Shown here one piece after another: positions 8,452 to 18,153 of a stretch of 20,573 nt of DNA (positions are counted from its first letter, which is position 1; each line of letters opens with the position of its first letter). This DNA comes from an uncultured bacterium. Lineage in GTDB: Bacteria; UBA8481. The DNA is taken from the NCBI GenBank assembly GCA_964499705.1, contig CAZCME010000021.1, positions 62,001-82,573 on the forward strand, given 5' to 3'. The translations under genes and the position numbers were made by a program. The notes under the pieces are model-generated. The model ran no database searches, had not been told where the DNA came from, and saw only the letters and a list, made by a program, of their open reading frames with translations.

Positions 8452-9873
8452 CTACTTTTTCGGGCGATAGATATGCGTGGACTGGCCGAAGAAGACTTCC
8501 GCGGATTCCATGATCGTCTCCGAAAGCGTCGGATGCGGATGAATGCTCATCTTCATGTCGGAGACATTCGCGCCCATTTCGACCGCGAGGACGCCTTCGG
8601 CGATGAGTTCGCCCGCGCCGGATCCGCAGATGCCGACTCCCAGCACACGCTCCGTTTCCTGGTCGACGATCAGCTTGGTGACTCCTTCGGGAGCGTCCAT
8701 CGTGGTGGCGCGGCCGGAGGCGCCCCAGGGGAAACGGGCGACTTTCACGGCCCGCTGCTGCTGCCTGGCTTCCAGTTCCGTGATGCCGCACCAGGCGATC
8801 TCGGGATCGGTGAAGACGACCGCGGGAATGGCGCGTGGTTCGAAGGCGACATTATGGCCCGCGATCGATTCGACCGCGACGCGCGCCTCGTGCGAGGCCT
8901 TGTGCGCGAGCATCGGATTTCCGGCCACGTCGCCGATGGCGTACACCTTCGGATTCGACGTCCGACGGGCGGGATCGACGATCACGAATCCGCGGGGATC
9001 GACGCCGATTCCGGCGGATTCGAGGCCGAGTCCGCTGGAATTTGGCTTACGCCCGACGGATACGAGCACCTTCTCGAAGACCTGTTCCGGTTCCGTCAGG
9101 TTCGGCCCTTCGAATCGGACGCGCAGTCCGTTCTTCTCCTCTTTCAGCGAAGCGACCGTCGTACCCAGCAGAATCGCGTGAAGCGTCTTTTCCATCTTGC
9201 GGTGAAGGATGGAGACGAGGTCCTGGTCGGCACCGGGCAATAACGCCGGAGCCATCTCCACGACCGTGACTTTCGTCCCGAGCGCGGCGTAAACCGTCCC
9301 GAGCTCCAGCCCGATGTATCCGCCGCCGATGACCAGCATGGACGCGGGTATATCCTGCAGTTCGAGCGCGGTCGTCGAATTGAGAATGCGCGGGGAGTCC
9401 GGCATGTTCGGGAGCGTCGACGGGCGCGAACCGGTCGCGAGGATGACGTGATCGAACGCGATCTTCTCGATTCCGCCGCCTTCCGTCCGCTGCACCTGCA
9501 GGAGGCCGGAGTCCAGGAACGATGCCATGCCCTGGATGTAATTGATGTTGCGGCTCCTGGAGAGAACGCCGAGCCCGCCGGTCATCTTCTCCACGACCGA
9601 ATCCTTCCAGGAACGGAGCTTGTCGATGTGGATCGTCGGCTGCTTGTACTCGATGCCCCAGTTCGCGGCGTGCTTCGTTTCGTTCAGGAGCTTGGCGACG
9701 TGCAGGAGCGACTTGGAAGGGATGCATCCGCGGAAGAGACAGACGCCGCCAGGATTCTTTTCGCTGTCGATCAGGGTGACGTTCATGCCCTGGTCGGCCG
9801 CCGCGAAGGCCGCCGCATACCCGCCGGGACCGGCGCCAATGACAATGACGGATTTCTGGCCCGCGTCCGTCAT
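8452..9873 (-). CDS. lpdA: Dihydrolipoyl dehydrogenase (E3)
   Basis: VIGAGPGGY FAD site, GGVCLFRGCIPSK redox disulfide, IGGGYIGLE NAD site, HPHPTLSE. Confidence 0.97.
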   Translation of the reverse strand: MTDAGQKSVIVIGAGPGGYAAAFAAADQGMNVTLIDSEKNPGGVCLFRGCIPSKSLLHVAKLLNETKHAANWGIEYKQPTIHIDKLRSWKDSVVEKMTGGLGVLSRSRNINYIQGMASFLDSGLLQVQRTEGGGIEKIAFDHVILATGSRPSTLPNMPDSPRILNSTTALELQDIPASMLVIGGGYIGLELGTVYAALGTKVTVVEMAPALLPGADQDLVSILHRKMEKTLHAILLGTTVASLKEEKNGLRVRFEGPNLTEPEQVFEKVLVSVGRKPNSSGLGLESAGIGVDPRGFVIVDPARRTSNPKVYAIGDVAGNPMLAHKASHEARVAVESIAGHNVAFEPRAIPAVVFTDPEIAWCGITELEARQQQRAVKVARFPWGASGRATTMDAPEGVTKLIVDQETERVLGVGICGSGAGELIAEGVLAVEMGANVSDMKMSIHPHPTLSETIMESAEVFFGQSTHIYRPKK

Positions 9874-9877
9874 GGAT

Positions 9878-9949
9878 TAACCACGAAGACACAAAGACAC
9901 AAAGAAAAACACGAATTATTTTCTTCGAGTCTTCGTGTCTTCGTGGTTA
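9878..9949. repeat. REP-like long inverted repeat of 9-bp units between aceF and lpdA
   Basis: Arms 9878-9908 (TAACCACGAAGACACAAAGACACAAAGAAAA) and 9919-9949 are complementary at 28 of 31 positions, with a 10-nt loop. Confidence 0.85.
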
Positions 9950-9960
9950 TGGCGATCATA

Positions 9961-11340
9961 TTAACCTTCCAGCGACATCAGGAAAGGCTGCTGCAGCGCG
10001 TCGACGACCCAGCGGAGGAAGCGCGCGCCGTCGGCGCCGTCGATCAACCGGTGGTCGTACGACAGGGCGAGGGGGAGCATCATCCGCGGTTCGAACTTGC
10101 CGTTCAGGTAGACAGGCTCGATGCTGGATCGCGCCACGCCCAGGATGGCGACCTCCGGAGAATTGACGATCGGCGTGAAGTTCGTCCCTCCAATGCCCCC
10201 GAGATTCGTGATCGTGAATGTGCCGCCCTGCATTTCCTCCAGAGTGGTCTTCTTGTTCCGCGCCTTCTCGGCGACGGCGTTCAATTCGGCGGAGATCTCC
10301 AGGATGTTCTTCTTGTCGACGTCGCGGATTACCGGGACGAGAAGGCCCCGGTCGGTGTCGACGGCGACGCCGATATGGTAGAACTTCTTGTAGACGATCT
10401 CGGAGGTCGCCATGTCGACCGAAGCGTTGAACTGGGGGAATACCTTCAGCGCGGAGGAGATGACCTTGATGATGATGGCCGTCACGGTCAGCTTGCCGCC
10501 CGAGGCTTCCGCCTTCTTGCCGAATCTCTGGCGCAGTTGCTCCAGCTCCGTCATGTCGGCCTTGTCGAACTGCGTGACGTGGGGAATCGTCGACCAGGCG
10601 TTCGTCATGTGCTCGGCGGTTTTTCTCCGGACCGAGGACATCGCCTTGCGATCGACCGTGCCCCACTTGGAAAAATCGGGCAGGGGAACCGGAGCCCCGG
10701 GCGCGGAAGAAGTCATCGTCACGAAACCGCCGACGTCGGTGTTCACGCGGCGGGCGAAGGTCTTCACGTCTTCTTCTGTGATCCGGCCGCCGGTACCCGA
10801 GCCGGGAACCTGCATGATGTCGACGCCGATTTCGCGCGCAAGCCTGCGGACGGAAGGCGACGCGGGAGCGGTCTCCCGAAGGCCTTCCGGCTGCCTGGGA
10901 CCGGATGCGGCCGGTGGAGAAGGAATTGCGGGGACCGGCGCGGGCTGCGAAGCAGGCGCCTGCTTCTGCGAAATCGCGGGCGCGGGAGTCGGCGCGGATG
11001 GCGGAGCAGGGGAGGCGGCCTGGACAGACGGTGCTGAGGATTGAGCCGCCGTGGAAGCAGAGGCGGCTGAATCCGCGCTCCGCGTCGAATCGCCCTCCGC
11101 GCCGGTCTGCTCCACTTCGAAGACGATTCCGCCCACGGCCACTTTCTCGCCTTCCTTGACGTGGATCTTCGTCACCTTGCCGCCGATACTGCTCGGCACT
11201 TCGATCGCGGCCTTGTCCGTCTCCACTTCGAGAACCGGCTGCTCCGCCGTCACGACGTCCCCCACGTGCACGAGGACCTTCACGACGCCGGCGCTCGTGA
11301 TGTTTTCTCCCAGGAAGGGCAGCTTGAATGTCTGGCTCAT
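9961..11340 (-). CDS. aceF: Pyruvate dehydrogenase E2, dihydrolipoamide acetyltransferase (one lipoyl domain)
   Basis: Lipoyl motif EVETDKAAIEVPS, Ala/Pro linker, E3-binding ASPSVRRLAREIGVD, catalytic LSYDHRLIDGAD. Confidence 0.95.
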   Translation of the reverse strand: MSQTFKLPFLGENITSAGVVKVLVHVGDVVTAEQPVLEVETDKAAIEVPSSIGGKVTKIHVKEGEKVAVGGIVFEVEQTGAEGDSTRSADSAASASTAAQSSAPSVQAASPAPPSAPTPAPAISQKQAPASQPAPVPAIPSPPAASGPRQPEGLRETAPASPSVRRLAREIGVDIMQVPGSGTGGRITEEDVKTFARRVNTDVGGFVTMTSSAPGAPVPLPDFSKWGTVDRKAMSSVRRKTAEHMTNAWSTIPHVTQFDKADMTELEQLRQRFGKKAEASGGKLTVTAIIIKVISSALKVFPQFNASVDMATSEIVYKKFYHIGVAVDTDRGLLVPVIRDVDKKNILEISAELNAVAEKARNKKTTLEEMQGGTFTITNLGGIGGTNFTPIVNSPEVAILGVARSSIEPVYLNGKFEPRMMLPLALSYDHRLIDGADGARFLRWVVDALQQPFLMSLEG

Positions 11341-11346
11341 GTCAGA

Positions 11347-14064
11347 TCAGGAGGTTACAGGATCGGACTTGTCGGGATCAATGTTCAAATCCTTGATGGC
11401 CTGAGATATTACGGACGACTTGATCTTCTTTTCCGCTTCCAGCGCGGTGAGTGTGGCGAGCGTGACGAATCGGGCATCGACTTCGAAAAATTCCCGCAAC
11501 GCTTCGCGGGATTCGCTCCGCCCGAATCCGTCCGTTCCCAGGGCCATGAGAGGCCTGGGGAACCAGCGGGAGATCGAATCCGGAAGGAGCTTCATGTAAT
11601 CCGACGCGGCCACCATGACGCCCGGTTCATCCTTGAGCATGCGGGTGATATAGGGCACGCGGGCTGGTTCTCCGGGGTGGAGCATGTTCCAGCGCTCGCT
11701 TTCGAGCCCGTCGCGGCGCAGCTCCTTGTAGGAGGTGATGCTCCAGACGTCCGCCGCAACGCCGTACTTCTCCTCCAGAATCTGCTGCGCCTTCAACACC
11801 TCGTTCAGGATCGCTCCGCTTCCGAAGAGTTGCGCCCGGTGCTTCGCGTTCGCCATGGAGGAAGCTCGAAACTTGTACATGCCCTTCAGGATTCCCTCGC
11901 GGATGCCGTCGACTTCCGGCATCGGGGGCATCGCGTAATTCTCGTTCATCACGGTGAGGTAATAGAAGACATCCTCCCGGTTCTCATACATGCGGCGGAT
12001 GCCGTCCTTGATGATGACGGCCAGTTCGTACGCGTAGGCGGGATCGTACGCGACGACGTTCGGCACGGTCATGGCTGCGACGTGCGTGTGGCCGTCCTGG
12101 TGCTGGAGCCCTTCGCCCGCCAGCGTAGTGCGGCCCGCCGTTCCGCCCAGCAGGAATCCGCGGCTTCGCAGGTCGCCGGCGGCCCAGATGAGGTCTCCGA
12201 CGCGCTGGAATCCGAACATGGAGTAGTAGATGAAGAAGGGGATCGTGTTCACGCCGTGATTCGCGTGAGCGCATCCGGCCGCGATGAAGGAGGAGAGCGA
12301 TCCCGCTTCGTTGATGCCCTCTTCGAGGATCTGCCCGTCCTTGGCTTCCTTGTAATAGAGCAGATTGTCGGAATCGACGGGCTCGTAGAGCTGGCCGACG
12401 TGGGAGTAGATACCGCACTGACGGAAGAGCGCCTCCATGCCGAAGGTGCGCGCCTCGTCGGGAACGATCGGGACGACGAGCTTTCCGATTTCCTTGTCCC
12501 GCAGAAGTTTCGAGAGGATCCGGACAAAGACCATCGTCGTGGAGACTTCCCGCCCGTCCGTGCCCTTCAGGAATTCGTCGAACGTGTCCTCCGCGGGCGG
12601 AACGAAAACCGAATCGCGCTGCATGCGCGACGGAACGTAACCGTGCAGGGCGCGCCGTCGCTCGTGCAGGTACTTCATCTCCGGTGAATCGGGCGCGGGG
12701 AGATAGAACGGAGCTTTGGAGACTTCTTCGTCGGAGATCGGGATGCCGAAGCGGGTTCGGAACTCGCGGAGCTCGTCCTCGTTCAGTTTCTTCTGCTGGT
12801 GCGTGATGTTCTTGCCTTCGCCGCTTTCACCGAGGCCGTAACCCTTGATCGTCTTCGCGAGAATGACGGTCGGCGAGCCCTTGTGATCGATCGCCGCCTT
12901 GTACGCGGCATACACCTTCGCCGGATCGTGGCCTCCCCGGTTCAACCGGCGGATCTGCTCGTCGGAGAGATGCTCCACCATCTTCAAAAGCCTCGGGTCG
13001 GTGCCGAAGAAATGCTCGCGGATGTACTTGCCCGAGGAGACGGTGTACTTCTGGTACTGCCCGTCGACGACCTCTTCCATGCGCTTGACAAGGAGCCCGT
13101 CCGTGTCGCGGGCGAGAAGGGCGTCCCATTCGGAGCCCCAGATCACCTTGATGCAGTTCCATCCGGCGCCGCGGAACGCGGCTTCGAGTTCCTGGATGAT
13201 CTTGCCGTTGCCGCGGACGGGCCCGTCGAGCCGCTGGAGATTGCAGTTGATGACGAAGATGAGGTTGTCGAGTTTTTCGCGCGAAGCGAGCGTGATGGCG
13301 CCGAGCGTTTCCGGCTCGTCGGTTTCGCCGTCTCCGAGGAAGGCCCAGACCTTCGATTGGCTCGTGTCCTTCAGGCCGCGATCCTCGAGGTAGCGATTGA
13401 AGCGCGCCTGGTAGATCGACATGATCGGACCGAGTCCCATCGAGACCGTCGGGAATTCCCAGAAGTTCGGCATGAGCCAGGGATGGGGATACGAGCAGAG
13501 TCCGCCGCCCGGCTGGAGCTCGCGGCGGAAATTCTCGAGCTGTTGTATGGACAGGCGCCCCTCGAGAAACGCGCGTGAATACATGCCGGGCGAGGCGTGG
13601 CCCTGGAAATAAATCAGGTCGCCTTCGTGGTTGTCGCCCTTGCCGCGGAAGAAGTGATTGAAGCCGACTTCATAGAGGGTGGCGGCGGATGCGAACGTGG
13701 AAATGTGGCCGCCGATGCCGTTCGAGAGACGGTTGGCGCGGATGACCATGGCCATCGCGTTCCAACGGACGATCGACTTGATCCGGCGCTCGATCTCGCG
13801 GGATCCTGGATAGGGAGGCTGCTGGCTCGGGGGAATTGTATTGATGTAGGGAGTGTTGGCGGTGAAGGGGATCTTGACTCCGCCCTCCTGCGCGCGAACC
13901 TGGAGTTCCCGCAGGAGTGCTCCCACGCGTTCAGGTCCCTTGGACTGGAGGACGTAATCGAGCGAATAGAGCCACTCGCGGATCTCTTCCTGCTCCTCGG
14001 AAACACTGCCCGCCGCCCCGCCGTCCGCCTGATTGAGTTTTGATGCATCCTTATTGGTTTGCAT
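11347..14064 (-). CDS. aceE: Pyruvate dehydrogenase E1, homodimeric type
   Basis: [37 protein letters not shown]-binding GDGETDEPE...[18 protein letters not shown]. Start moved from 14295 to ATG 14064 (MQTNKD), directly behind a consensus promoter. Confidence 0.97.
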   Translation of the reverse strand: MQTNKDASKLNQADGGAAGSVSEEQEEIREWLYSLDYVLQSKGPERVGALLRELQVRAQEGGVKIPFTANTPYINTIPPSQQPPYPGSREIERRIKSIVRWNAMAMVIRANRLSNGIGGHISTFASAATLYEVGFNHFFRGKGDNHEGDLIYFQGHASPGMYSRAFLEGRLSIQQLENFRRELQPGGGLCSYPHPWLMPNFWEFPTVSMGLGPIMSIYQARFNRYLEDRGLKDTSQSKVWAFLGDGETDEPETLGAITLASREKLDNLIFVINCNLQRLDGPVRGNGKIIQELEAAFRGAGWNCIKVIWGSEWDALLARDTDGLLVKRMEEVVDGQYQKYTVSSGKYIREHFFGTDPRLLKMVEHLSDEQIRRLNRGGHDPAKVYAAYKAAIDHKGSPTVILAKTIKGYGLGESGEGKNITHQQKKLNEDELREFRTRFGIPISDEEVSKAPFYLPAPDSPEMKYLHERRRALHGYVPSRMQRDSVFVPPAEDTFDEFLKGTDGREVSTTMVFVRILSKLLRDKEIGKLVVPIVPDEARTFGMEALFRQCGIYSHVGQLYEPVDSDNLLYYKEAKDGQILEEGINEAGSLSSFIAAGCAHANHGVNTIPFFIYYSMFGFQRVGDLIWAAGDLRSRGFLLGGTAGRTTLAGEGLQHQDGHTHVAAMTVPNVVAYDPAYAYELAVIIKDGIRRMYENREDVFYYLTVMNENYAMPPMPEVDGIREGILKGMYKFRASSMANAKHRAQLFGSGAILNEVLKAQQILEEKYGVAADVWSITSYKELRRDGLESERWNMLHPGEPARVPYITRMLKDEPGVMVAASDYMKLLPDSISRWFPRPLMALGTDGFGRSESREALREFFEVDARFVTLATLTALEAEKKIKSSVISQAIKDLNIDPDKSDPVTS

Positions 14065-14070
14065 CGGATC

Positions 14071-14099
14071 AGAATAATGGCGGGTGTGATCTCTGTCAA
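14071..14099 (-). promoter_or_regulatory. Sigma70 promoter of aceE-aceF-lpdA, leaderless start
   Basis: Minus strand: TTGACA (14099-14094), 17-bp spacer, TATTCT (14076-14071), 6 nt, ATG 14064. The -35 box contains the TGA stop of the upstream glycosyltransferase. Confidence 0.75.
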
Positions 14100-15223
14100 C
14101 CGCTTGCGCGGGGAGGGGTGTGGAAAAGGGAAGTATTCGAGACGGCACGATGCAGGAGAGAGGAGATCCGGGAGATCTCGGCTTCGGAGCTGAATTCCCG
14201 CTCGACTCTTGCGCGCGCGCGGATCGCGATTTCGGCCAGCCGTCCCGGGGATGCCAGTGCGCGGTCGATGTGTTCATCGAGTCGATCGGCTTCATTCGGA
14301 TCGATGAGGAATCCGGTCTCGTCGTCCAGGAGCTCGGTCACCCCGCCCACGCGCGTCGCGAGAACGGGAATGCCCTGGGCCATCGCCTCGAGAATGGAGT
14401 TGGGCATGCCGTCCTGCCGCGCGGGATAGACCATCAGGTCGCACTCCGACTGATATTCCAGAACGCGCGCGGCATTGTCGAGATAACCGGTCTTGACGAT
14501 TGCGACCGCCGTCCGCGGTGATTCGCGAAGAAAGGTTTCATAGGTCGGACGCTCCGATTCGCGGACATCTCCTATGATGAGGAGTCGCGCGTTCGTCCGC
14601 GCCTGGAATCGGCGAAAGCCCTCCAGGAGAAGATCGATGCCTTTCTTACGCCTCAATTCTCCGGAGAATCCGATCGTGGGAGGATCCGCAAGCGCCTTGT
14701 TGCGGAACGCGATGGCGTTCGCGTCGATCCCGTTGGGAACATGTTCCGCGTCGCGATCGGAAATGGCGCGGACCTGTCGAACCAGCGCCCGCGTGACGGC
14801 CGTAACGACCGTCGCCTGATCCAGCGCATGTCGGATGTAACCGAACTTCTCCGCGTGGAAGACGAAGCGGTCGAGGTCGTTGCCGCGCGCCGCGACGAAC
14901 GAGGGCACGCCGAGCATGCGCGCGATGTGAACGGCGAGGAATCCGGCGGGAAAGAGGAAATGCCCGTACACGATATCGGGTTGGAATCGCGCGCACTCCG
15001 CGAGAATCATGTCGTGCGCTTCATGAAGGGCGTCCCGATGGCGCGCCGGATCGGCATGACGAAATATGCCCGACGTCGACGCGGGCGGACGCGCGCCGCC
15101 TCCGCAGGCATGGACTTCGATCGCGTGACCCGCGCTTTTCAATCCTCGAACGATGCGATTCGCGCTTCGCGCCAGGCCGCCCGGATCGGGAGGCCAGGCG
15201 GATGTGATGAAGGAGATCTTCAT
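14096..15223 (-). CDS. GT4-family (GT-B fold) glycosyltransferase
   Basis: [18 protein letters not shown]-terminus, [47 protein letters not shown]. Start set at ATG 15223; the track start 15313 overlaps the ankyrin gene. Confidence 0.9.
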   Translation of the reverse strand: MKISFITSAWPPDPGGLARSANRIVRGLKSAGHAIEVHACGGGARPPASTSGIFRHADPARHRDALHEAHDMILAECARFQPDIVYGHFLFPAGFLAVHIARMLGVPSFVAARGNDLDRFVFHAEKFGYIRHALDQATVVTAVTRALVRQVRAISDRDAEHVPNGIDANAIAFRNKALADPPTIGFSGELRRKKGIDLLLEGFRRFQARTNARLLIIGDVRESERPTYETFLRESPRTAVAIVKTGYLDNAARVLEYQSECDLMVYPARQDGMPNSILEAMAQGIPVLATRVGGVTELLDDETGFLIDPNEADRLDEHIDRALASPGRLAEIAIRARARVEREFSSEAEISRISSLLHRAVSNTSLFHTPPRASG

Positions 15224-15263
15224 CCGGCGTGCGGTGACGAGTTCGGCCGAATCCAAGTCCGGA

Positions 15264-16175
15264 TCAACGGGCTCCGCGCGAGGAGAGAAACGAAGCGGCC
15301 GCCTGCTGGCCATCCTTCTGCGCCCGCTTCAGGGCGTTCTTGCCGCTGTTGTCGGTCGCGTTGATATTGGCGCCGCCGTCCAGAAGCGCGCGCAGCGTCT
15401 CGACATCGCCGCTCTTGGCCGCGAGAATCAAGGGCGTCCTGCCGTCCTTGTCGCGCGCTTCCTTGTCCGCGCCTCGGCTCAGCAGTTCCCGGACCGCGGC
15501 GGACTGACCGTGACGCGCCGAGGCCAGGAGAGGAGTGCGCTGGTCGAGGTCGCGCGGATCGATACGCGCGCCCTTGTCCAGGAGCACCGTCAGCGTCGCC
15601 ACCACCGAGTGGCGGGCGGAGATGGCGACCGCGGTCCGCTGATCCTTGTCCACGGCCTCGATGTTCGCATTGCGTTCGATGAGCGCGGCCAGCGTCTTCG
15701 GCTGGTCTTTCCGAGCCGCGATCATGAGCGACGTCCGCCCGTCCGGATCCTTCGCCTCGATCTCCGACCCGGCATCGAGCAACAGCTTCAGCGCTTCGAC
15801 CTGTCCGTACCGGCTCGCCAGCATCAGAGCGGTCCTCCCGATATTGCTCCGCTCCTCCTTGTCGGCTCCATCCTTCAGCATGGCGGAGAGCACGGCCAGG
15901 TTGCCGCTCTTGGCCGCTTCCAGAAAGGGCGTCAGGATTTCCTGCGGCTCGGGATCCGCTCCGGATTCCGCTTCGGCGGTGGCGGCTGGCGGGGGAGAGG
16001 GCGCATTCGGCGGCCCGGAGGAATCGGGGGCGCCTCCGCCTCCGGCGTAATACCCGACCAGGAAGATGATGCAGAACGCGAACGCGATGAGCGCGGCGAG
16101 CCGGAATCCGCTCATCATCGGAGGCGACTGAGGCTCCAGTGGATCCTTCGACATCGGATTTTCGAGCGTGCTCAT
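15264..16175 (-). CDS. Membrane-anchored ankyrin repeat protein (about 7 repeats)
   Basis: TM helix LAALIAFAFCIIFLVGYY, Pro/Ala linker, then 33-aa repeats such as GRTALMLASRYGQVEALKLLLDAGSEIEAKD and GRTPLILAAKSGDVETLRALLDGGANINATD. ATG 16175 follows AAGGGTG; GTG 16184 is an alternative start. Confidence 0.92.
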   Translation of the reverse strand: MSTLENPMSKDPLEPQSPPMMSGFRLAALIAFAFCIIFLVGYYAGGGGAPDSSGPPNAPSPPPAATAEAESGADPEPQEILTPFLEAAKSGNLAVLSAMLKDGADKEERSNIGRTALMLASRYGQVEALKLLLDAGSEIEAKDPDGRTSLMIAARKDQPKTLAALIERNANIEAVDKDQRTAVAISARHSVVATLTVLLDKGARIDPRDLDQRTPLLASARHGQSAAVRELLSRGADKEARDKDGRTPLILAAKSGDVETLRALLDGGANINATDNSGKNALKRAQKDGQQAAASFLSSRGAR

Positions 16176-16195
16176 AGCGGTCACCCTTTTGGATT

Positions 16196-16237
16196 AAATT
16201 CCAAATCCCAAATCCCAAATCCCAAATCCCAAATCCG
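16196..16237 (+). repeat. Heptamer tandem repeat (AAATCCC)x4 plus two degenerate units; left arm of an inverted element
   Basis: AAATTCC AAATCCC AAATCCC AAATCCC AAATCCC AAATCCG; inverted partner at 18107-18127. Confidence 0.85.
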
Positions 16238-16334
16238 AACAAAATGCGAAGTCGGCACCTTGAAAACGGTGACTCGAGTTCACCTGCTCCCATCGTAATT
16301 CATGCCGAATTGGTTTCAAACCTATATTCAGAGA

Positions 16335-18077
16335 CCTTGATCCCCGAAGATTAAACCACGAAACACACGAAACACACGAAAGAACCCTTTTAAACTTCTA
16401 CAAGGGGTGGTACAAGCTGAGATGACCTTTCACCCGGTGGGTGAAAGAGCCCACTCAGGAGTTGACATGACAAAGAACCCTCACCGCTTGAATTTCGAAC
16501 TGGATACTGAACTCGACGATGCCTTGATCACGGGACATGCCGGAATCCCCCTGGTCATCGAGATGTTTCGAGCGACGGGCGGTTCTGAAGCGGCCGACGA
16601 ATTGTTGCAGCGAAAGAAGAAGAACATCGGGTTATCCCCCTCACAGATGCTTGAAGGGATGTTCGCCCTCTGGGCTTCCGGCGGAGAACGGTGCGATGAT
16701 CTGGAACATTTCAGGAAAGATCTGGCGCTCTCGCAGTTGATCGGCTTTGTTCCGCCGTCAGCTCAAACGGCGCGAGACTTCTTCGATAAATTTCATCGCG
16801 AGGGAGCCCCAACCATCTGGAAGAGCGAGCGCTGTTCGATCCCGGAAGAAAGCACCTTCCTTTCCGGTCTGGCCGAAGTGAACCGGATCATTGTGGATCA
16901 CGTTCAATCGAGAAACACTCAACCGATCGCCACCATCGATATGGATGCGGTCATTGTGGAATGCGACAAGCGGGATGCGCGGACAACGTATGAAGGCACG
17001 CGAGGGTATCAGCCGGTGGTCGCGTTCTGGGCCGAGCAGGAGCTGATCCTGGCGGATGAATACAGGGACGGAAACATTCCCGCCGGTTGCGGGAATCTTC
17101 GCGTCCTGAAGAAGGCGCTCGCGAACCTCCCAACATTCGTTACGGAAATCAATCTCAGGATGGACAGCGCGGGACATGAAAACGATCTGATGGACTAAGC
17201 TGATGAGAAAGGCATTCGATACGCCATCAGCGCGGATATGACGGCATCTCTGCACGCGGAAGCGATGAAGGTTCCGGAGGAGGCGTGGGTTCTGGACGAG
17301 GATCAAGGCGAAACGGTCCGTCAATGCGCCGATGTGGCGTATGTACCTGACGATGGAGGCTATCAGGGAAAGAAGGATGTGCCGCAACGGAGATACATCG
17401 CGATTCGTCTCATAAAGAAGCAGGGATACTTTTTCGCGGACGGAAGCGACCGGAAGCATTTCGCGATCGTGACGAATCGGACGGAACCACCCTTGGAACT
17501 GATCCGCTGGCATCGATTGAAGGCGGGCACGATCGAGCATGTTCATCACGTCGTCGTCAGTGAACTTGCGGGAGGAGTTATCCCGTCACAGAAATTCGGA
17601 GCGAACGCGGCATGGTTTCGAGCAAACACGATCCTCTATAATGTCATTTCCGCGTTGCGGCATCTGGCGCTGCCGAAAGAATACGAGCATGCGCGTCCGA
17701 AGCGACTGCGATTCATCCTGTTCAACGCCGTGGGGCGATACGTACAGCATGCGAGAGAAACACTCCTGAGAATGTTTCAAATGCTGCAGCGATCCGTGTT
17801 TGATTGGACACGGCTTCGCATTCACCTCAAACCAGCAGCATAATTCCGTCGGAAACACGCCATCAAAAAATAACCGGCGTCCGACGTGCGCGAATATTTT
17901 GGGGATTCTATCGAGCAAGAGAGCGATTTCATGTCCCACCGGCCGGATTGAGGCGCGCGCAGGAGCCAGGATGGCGGGCGCGCGCCGTGCCTCGGAGGCC
18001 GCCATGGATGGCGGCCGAGAATGAGGCCGGTGGGATATGGAATCGCTCGTCTACATGATCACCTTCGGGGATTTAGG
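16335..18077 (+). mobile_element. IS1380-family insertion sequence, 1743 bp
   Basis: IRL CCTTGATCCCCGAAGAT (16335-16351) matches the reverse complement of IRR (18061-18077, CCTAAATCCCCGAAGGT) at 14/17. Direct repeat CAGAGA at 16329-16334 and 18078-18083. TTTCACCC-GGT-GGGTGAAA hairpin before the transposase start. Confidence 0.88.
16467..17843 (+). pseudogene. IS1380-family DDE transposase with premature TAA at 17196-17198
   Basis: ITGHAGIPL, TIDMDA, YEGTRGYQPVVAF, EYRDGN, LRMDSAG, IVTNR, RLKAGTIE, PSQKFGANAAWF, PKRLRF. Track ORFs 16407-17198 and 17238-17843 are in the same frame (MD*ADEKGIRYAISADM). AGGAG RBS before ATG 16467. Confidence 0.88.
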
Positions 18078-18106
18078 CAGAGATATCCTGAGAGGGAAAA
18101 CAAGTT

Positions 18107-18127
18107 GGGTTTTGGGATTTAGGATTT
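18107..18127 (-). repeat. Right arm of the heptamer inverted element (3 units)
   Basis: GGGTTTT GGGATTT AGGATTT is the reverse complement of AAATCCT AAATCCC AAAACCC. Confidence 0.65.
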
Positions 18128-18140
18128 CATAAAGCGGCCC

Positions 18141-18146
18141 TATACT
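18141..18146 (+). promoter_or_regulatory. Putative -10 box for a leaderless radical SAM transcript
   Basis: TATACT, 7 nt, then ATG 18154; no Shine-Dalgarno. The -35 position (TTTAGG, 18118-18123) is weak and lies in the heptamer repeat. Confidence 0.5.
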
Positions 18147-18153
18147 TCCGCGC

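Noticed and set aside
9448..13578. Long plus-strand ORFs (9448-11037, 11161-12687, 12799-13578)
   Set aside because: Antisense shadows of aceF, aceE and lpdA, expected from GC-rich codon bias.
14065..14295. 77-aa N-terminal extension of AceE in the ORF track
   Set aside because: Overlaps the glycosyltransferase 3' end in another frame and lies upstream of a consensus promoter that points at ATG 14064.
15220..16293. 357-aa ORF with FGIWDLGFGIW repeats
   Set aside because: Alternative frame of the ankyrin gene; the repeat is just the translation of the AAATCCC tract.
16196..16381. CRISPR array suggested by the short repeats
   Set aside because: Units are 7-10 bp, tandem and spacerless; no cas genes in the window.
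17196..17198. Recoded stop (selenocysteine, pyrrolysine or alternative genetic code)
   Set aside because: The codon is TAA, and TAA, TAG and TGA all terminate normal genes in this window.
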